DNA of 20,000 nt from an uncultured virus (IMG/VR IMGVR_UViG_3300020371_000006) (lineage: Duplodnaviria; Heunggongvirae; Uroviricota; Caudoviricetes; Kyanoviridae), in the IMG/VR virus record IMGVR_UViG_3300020371_000006. One strand, 5' to 3'. Within the stretch, counting starts at the first letter, position 1; each line of letters starts with the position of its first letter. Positions 16,384-20,000 of this stretch are shown in pieces. Below the pieces are notes generated by a model, which was not told where the DNA came from, searched no databases, and was given only the letters and a program-made list of their open reading frames with translations. The position numbers and the translations under genes are program-made.

Positions 16384-16406
16384 TGTAGTAATTCTTTACA
16401 AATCTA

Positions 16407-16610
16407 ATGACTATCACCACAAACGAGTTTGGGCAACAGAATATCTTTGCCAAAGAACCCCAGATGGTGGTCGAAGACTACAACAAGAAAGGTCTGTTCT
16501 CGCCTATGCAGTACAGAGAAATGTATAACGGTCGCTGGGCAATGATGGGAATCATCTCTGGTTTCATTTCATATGCCGCTACTGGTAAGTTCTTCTTCGG
16601 CATTTTCTAA
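16407..16610 (+). CDS. hli: High-light inducible protein
   Basis: EMYNGRWAMMG chlorophyll-binding motif, TGKFFFGIF C-terminus, NIFAKEP N-terminal motif. Confidence 0.9.
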   Translation: MTITTNEFGQQNIFAKEPQMVVEDYNKKGLFSPMQYREMYNGRWAMMGIISGFISYAATGKFFFGIF

Positions 16611-16654
16611 TGCTCCTTCCTTCAACAACACTACTCACCCCACCCCAAATCAAA

Positions 16655-16774
16655 ATGAAATTCGGTTTTACTCCTGAGGCAGAAATCCTCAACGCTCGCC
16701 TTGCTATGCTTGGTTTTGTTATTGCAGTTGGCACTTATATGACAACTGGTCAGATCCTTCCTGGCATCCTTTGA
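16655..16774 (+). CDS. hli: High-light inducible protein (39 aa)
   Basis: Manual translation MKFGFTPEAEILNARLAMLGFVIAVGTYMTTGQILPGIL (AExxNxRLAMLG, TGQIxPG); an in-frame upstream ATG exists at 16610. Confidence 0.9.
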   Translation: MKFGFTPEAEILNARLAMLGFVIAVGTYMTTGQILPGIL

Positions 16775-16902
16775 TGACTTGGGCGTGGGCAGCACTGTGG
16801 TTGGTTGCCTTCATTTTTATTGCGATCCATAACGATCACGATGAGGATGATGACGACCAAGGTGGGGGAACCCTCATACCAGTGACTGTCCCATCTGCCT
16901 GA
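16774..16902 (+). CDS. Small membrane protein with acidic tail (42 aa)
   Basis: TGATG coupling; MTWAWAALWLVAFIFIAIHNDHDEDDDDQGGGTLIPVTVPSA. Confidence 0.65.
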   Translation: MTWAWAALWLVAFIFIAIHNDHDEDDDDQGGGTLIPVTVPSA

Positions 16903-16906
16903 TAAT

Positions 16907-16913
16907 CTAAATA
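16907..16913 (+). promoter_or_regulatory. T4-like late promoter (variant)
   Basis: Intergenic CTAAATA. Confidence 0.5.
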
Positions 16914-16934
16914 GATTTTTTACGACACAAGGAA

Positions 16935-17075
16935 ATGGTTACGGATCTCTGGCAAGATATGTCAACACTTAATTCTCTCTATGAGGAACTATGTTGGGAC
17001 CCTGATGAAGAACTAGAGTTCAAACCTGACTTTACTAATGATTGTATTGTGATTCGTCGTAAAGAAAAAGAATAA
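16935..17075 (+). CDS. Small hypothetical protein (46 aa)
   Basis: AAGGA RBS; MVTDLWQDMSTLNSLYEELCWDPDEELEFKPDFTNDCIVIRRKEKE. Confidence 0.65.
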   Translation: MVTDLWQDMSTLNSLYEELCWDPDEELEFKPDFTNDCIVIRRKEKE

Positions 17076-17095
17076 TTCTCTGTTGGCAAAATCCA

Positions 17096-17185
17096 ATGGC
17101 ACTCCTAGCAACGGTTACAATATGTCTAGCAACATTCATAGGTGCAGCAATGCTGACCCAATCAGGTGAAGAGAACCTAGACTGA
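17096..17185 (+). CDS. Putative single-TM microprotein (29 aa)
   Basis: MALLATVTICLATFIGAAMLTQSGEENLD fills the intergenic gap. Confidence 0.45.
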   Translation: MALLATVTICLATFIGAAMLTQSGEENLD

Positions 17186-17262
17186 CAATTAAATAACTGG
17201 CACACACCCCGTTGGATCTCTCCACGGGGTGTTATACTATGTGGGTACTCGACGAGGTTAGT

Positions 17263-17838
17263 ATGCTCGAATGGTTATGCTTAGACTGTTCCTTCAATGA
17301 GCAAGAAGCACTTAAGGTATTTCAAGAACAAGGCATCCGTGATCCCTTGGCACTGTCTGTTGTGATGGCAAGTGTCAAACAAGAGTCCAAGTTCATCCCC
17401 AATATCTGCGAGGGTGGTGACATTGTTGACTATGAGGATTGCCACCGTGGTGGTTATGGACTCATCCAATGGACCACACAGGCACGTTATGATGGTCTAG
17501 GAAACTTCTGCAAGCGTTATGATTGCAACCCTAGTTCTTTGAAAGGTCAACTGCGTTACCTGGTTGAAGAAGTGCAGTGGAAGAGTGTACTACCAACCCT
17601 AAAAACCAGTGGTGGTTCGTTTTCTACCTACTACAATGCTACATATAGGTGGTTAGGTTGGGGCGTGGCAGGACCACGTACTCAATACGCATACAATTAC
17701 CTAGACCGTCTCTCCAAGAATGACAACTTCAGCAATATCGAATCCTGTCCCCAAGAGATACAAACTCCAAGCGGAGATGAAACCGAATCAATGGGTTTCT
17801 TTGAAAAATTATTGCGGTTTGTCAGAGGTCAAGGCTAA
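17263..17838 (+). CDS. Lysozyme-like protein (phage tail lysozyme type)
   Basis: GAGG RBS; VKQESKF (catalytic Glu), GGYGLIQWT...R, GQLRYL. Confidence 0.7.
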   Translation: MLEWLCLDCSFNEQEALKVFQEQGIRDPLALSVVMASVKQESKFIPNICEGGDIVDYEDCHRGGYGLIQWTTQARYDGLGNFCKRYDCNPSSLKGQLRYLVEEVQWKSVLPTLKTSGGSFSTYYNATYRWLGWGVAGPRTQYAYNYLDRLSKNDNFSNIESCPQEIQTPSGDETESMGFFEKLLRFVRGQG

Positions 17839-17917
17839 TTTCTACGTCAATGTTTGCAAACTAGCGAGCAAGTATGTAGCATCCTATAAGAACATCCGAA
17901 TGATTCTCGATGACTAG
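17720..17917 (+). CDS. Hypothetical protein overlapping the lysozyme 3' end
   Basis: 65 aa ORF that fills the 17839-17909 gap and overlaps the next ATG. Confidence 0.45.
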   Translation: MTTSAISNPVPKRYKLQAEMKPNQWVSLKNYCGLSEVKANFYVNVCKLASKYVASYKNIRMILDD

Positions 17918-18197
17918 CAGTTATGATGCTGACTGGCGGTACACCGACAGCGCAATGGAAGAGCGACAAAAGTTGTTGCTCTCTTGTATTAGAAAGGCAG
18001 GAGCACTACAACCCAGGCACTATGAATTTTGTGACTGGTGCATCTCCAATGGTGCTCACAAAGGTTTTGCCGACACAGAGATAGAGGATGATTTCGACTC
18101 CCAGGTATCCACACTATACCTTGAATGGTACTATGAAACGCAAATCCACAAAGAAAGCAGCGAAGAGAATAATCAAAGAGGCAGCGAAGCATCCTGA
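17910..18197 (+). CDS. Hypothetical protein
   Basis: 95 aa ORF; DWRY...YEFCDWC. Confidence 0.6.
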   Translation: MTSSYDADWRYTDSAMEERQKLLLSCIRKAGALQPRHYEFCDWCISNGAHKGFADTEIEDDFDSQVSTLYLEWYYETQIHKESSEENNQRGSEAS

Positions 18198-18303
18198 TCA
18201 CTACACACAGGACGATGTTGCGTATGCTTTTATGGTTTTGCGTATGATCAAGACCGAAAAGAAACGCAAGAAGGACGCTAGGAAAACTGACCCAGAGTCT
18301 TGA
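18133..18303 (+). CDS. Small basic hypothetical protein (56 aa)
   Basis: MKRKSTKKAAKRIIKEAAKHPDHYTQDDVAYA...; ends at the psbA promoter. Confidence 0.6.
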   Translation: MKRKSTKKAAKRIIKEAAKHPDHYTQDDVAYAFMVLRMIKTEKKRKKDARKTDPES

Positions 18304-18333
18304 CAGACGGTGAGGTTTCCCGTAATATAAATA
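18300..18333 (+). promoter_or_regulatory. Dual sigma70 plus T4 late promoter of psbA
   Basis: TTGACA (18300-05), 17 nt spacer, TAATAT (18323-28), overlapping a perfect TATAAATA (18326-33). Confidence 0.8.
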
Positions 18334-18370
18334 AGTTGACGGGTTACAAATCTTAAACCTTTGTCACACT

Positions 18371-18446
18371 TGACGCCTTACCGAGACTAAACAGCGTCAT
18401 TAAATAACAGTCTCTCATACCTGCACTGGAGGGTGGTGCAGGAATA
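18371..18446 (+). ncRNA. PhotoRC-II-like structured 5' leader of psbA
   Basis: Pseudoknot TGACGC/GCGTCA (18371-76/18394-99) with GAGACT/AGTCTC (18383-88/18409-14), then hairpin CCTGCACTG-GAGGG-TGGTGCAGG (18420-42). Confidence 0.75.
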
Positions 18447-18490
18447 TTTTAATACGTCACATCCCTAGTGACCTTACTTACCCTTTTTCA

Positions 18491-19573
18491 ATGTCTAGTT
18501 CAACTCTTTCAAGAAATACGCAACAATCTAACTGGGAAGCGTTTTGCTCCTGGGTTACTTCGACTGATAACCGCCTCTATGTGGGTTGGTTCGGCGTCCT
18601 GATGATCCCAACACTGTTGGCAGCAACTATCTGCTTCATCATCGCCTTCGTTGGTGCTCCTCCTGTGGACATCGACGGCATCCGCGAACCTGTTGCAGGT
18701 TCACTTCTTTACGGTAACAACATCATCTCTGGTGCAGTTGTTCCCTCTTCCAACGCTATTGGTCTTCACTTCTATCCCATTTGGGAAGCAGCAACCCTCG
18801 ACGAGTGGTTGTATAACGGTGGTCCTTTCCAACTGGTAGTCTTCCACTTCCTGATCGGCATCTATGCCTATATGGGTCGTGAGTGGGAACTGTCTTACCG
18901 CCTGGGTATGCGTCCTTGGATCTGCGTTGCTTACAGCGCACCTGTTGCAGCAGCATCTGCTGTGTTCCTCGTTTATCCCTTTGGTCAGGGTTCTTTCTCC
19001 GATGCTATGCCTCTTGGTATCTCTGGTACCTTTAACTATATGCTTGTCTTCCAAGCAGAACACAATATCCTTATGCACCCGTTCCATATGCTCGGTGTTG
19101 CTGGGGTATTCGGTGGATCTCTTTTCTCTGCTATGCACGGAAGTCTGGTTACTTCTTCTCTGGTCCGCGAGACTACTGAGCAAGAGTCCCAGAACTATGG
19201 TTACAAGTTCGGTCAAGAAGAAGAGACGTACAACATTGTCGCCGCTCACGGTTACTTCGGTCGTCTTATTTTCCAATACGCATCCTTTAACAACTCCCGT
19301 TCGCTGCACTTCTTCCTCGCAGCGTGGCCTGTTGTTGGCATCTGGTTCACCGCACTCGGCGTGAGCACGATGGCATTCAACCTGAACGGTTTCAACTTCA
19401 ACCAGTCTATCCTTGATAATTCTGGTAAGGTTCTGCCTACCTGGGCAGACGTGCTGAACCGTGCTGGTCTGGGTATGGAAGTGATGCACGAGCGTAATGC
19501 TCACAACTTCCCTCTCGACCTTGCTGCTGCTGAGACCACTCCTGTGGCACTCACCGCACCTGCAATCGGTTGA
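18491..19573 (+). CDS. psbA: Photosystem II D1 protein
   Basis: [43 protein letters not shown]; uninterrupted 360 aa. Confidence 0.99.
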   Translation: MSSSTLSRNTQQSNWEAFCSWVTSTDNRLYVGWFGVLMIPTLLAATICFIIAFVGAPPVDIDGIREPVAGSLLYGNNIISGAVVPSSNAIGLHFYPIWEAATLDEWLYNGGPFQLVVFHFLIGIYAYMGREWELSYRLGMRPWICVAYSAPVAAASAVFLVYPFGQGSFSDAMPLGISGTFNYMLVFQAEHNILMHPFHMLGVAGVFGGSLFSAMHGSLVTSSLVRETTEQESQNYGYKFGQEEETYNIVAAHGYFGRLIFQYASFNNSRSLHFFLAAWPVVGIWFTALGVSTMAFNLNGFNFNQSILDNSGKVLPTWADVLNRAGLGMEVMHERNAHNFPLDLAAAETTPVALTAPAIG

Positions 19574-19594
19574 TCTAGGTTACATACAACTTGT

Positions 19595-19621
19595 TAGGAC
19601 CCTTCGGGGTCCTATTTTTTT
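19595..19621 (+). terminator. Rho-independent terminator after psbA
   Basis: TAGGACCC-TTCG-GGGTCCTA followed by a T run. Confidence 0.9.
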
Positions 19622-19639
19622 CTCTAATTATGTAAAGTT

Positions 19640-19870
19640 ATGTCTCACGATTTGCTTGAACTACTGACCTACTATGTGATCGTCGCTGTTGTGTTTGTCG
19701 GTGCCCCTGGAGTCTTCTTCTTCATCGTCTTTATGCCCGCTCTGCAAAACACCAAGGGACGTATGGTTGGTTACAAAGATCACAAGACATATGGTGACTC
19801 GTCCATCTACGAAAATACACCAAGTGATTACAAAGGATACTCCTTACAAATTGGCACAGATCATTCGTGA
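19640..19870 (+). CDS. Small single-TM hypothetical protein between psbA and psbD
   Basis: 76 aa; hydrophobic YYVIVAVVFVGAPGVFFFIVFMP segment. Confidence 0.7.
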   Translation: MSHDLLELLTYYVIVAVVFVGAPGVFFFIVFMPALQNTKGRMVGYKDHKTYGDSSIYENTPSDYKGYSLQIGTDHS

Positions 19871-19911
19871 TACTTGGCCACAACTGTACTACTTAAAAGG
19901 TTCAAAACAAA

Positions 19912-20000
19912 ATGACAACAAGTACACTAAGAGCACCGACAAGGGGGTGGTTTGATGTTCTCGATGACTGGCTTAAGAGAGACCGTTTCGTTTTTGTTGG
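19912..20000 (+). CDS. psbD: Photosystem II D2 protein, 5' partial
   Basis: Manual translation [30 protein letters not shown], the D2 N-terminal signature; runs off the window. Confidence 0.95.
   Translation, partial: MTTSTLRAPTRGWFDVLDDWLKRDRFVFV

Noticed and set aside
16386..16399. NtcA site upstream of hli
   Set aside because: GTA...TAC spacing does not match the GTA-N8-TAC consensus.
18701..19504. Long antisense ORFs (also 414-1013, 2006-2617, 6486-7094, 9369-9932)
   Set aside because: Shadows of plus-strand genes caused by codon bias; no recognisable motifs or RBS.
18491..19573. Group I intron in psbA
   Set aside because: The full 360-aa D1 is uninterrupted.
19689..19955. 88-aa ORF from the track
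   Set aside because: It overlaps both the TM ORF 19640-19870 and the clear psbD start in other frames.

Overview
A 20 kb, entirely plus-strand segment of a T4-like marine cyanomyophage genome. Gene order: ligase-superfamily-like protein and HIGH-motif cytidyltransferase; a late cluster of probable virion/internal head proteins; gp61 primase, nrdA, nrdB and a 2OG-Fe(II) oxygenase; a small-ORF/RNA island; talC; a GIY-YIG (endonuclease II-like) nuclease; tRNA-Arg(UCU); two hli genes with several microproteins; a lysozyme-like protein; psbA with a PhotoRC-II-like leader; and the start of psbD. The most striking feature is at 13209-13633: two tandem glutamine-riboswitch-like aptamers (CGUUCA-P2-CGCA...GGAACG). 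In each, the P2 loop is expanded to about 140-190 nt and carries a small protein gene whose AUG is buried in the P2 stem. The two loop-encoded proteins look paralogous (both C-x35-C) and the two aptamer junction loops are mutually complementary (AGUCG/CGACU). The unit lies upstream of two YRG-motif (DUF4278-like) peptide genes, between a late promoter and a terminator. All family assignments come from recognising motifs by eye, not from database searches.
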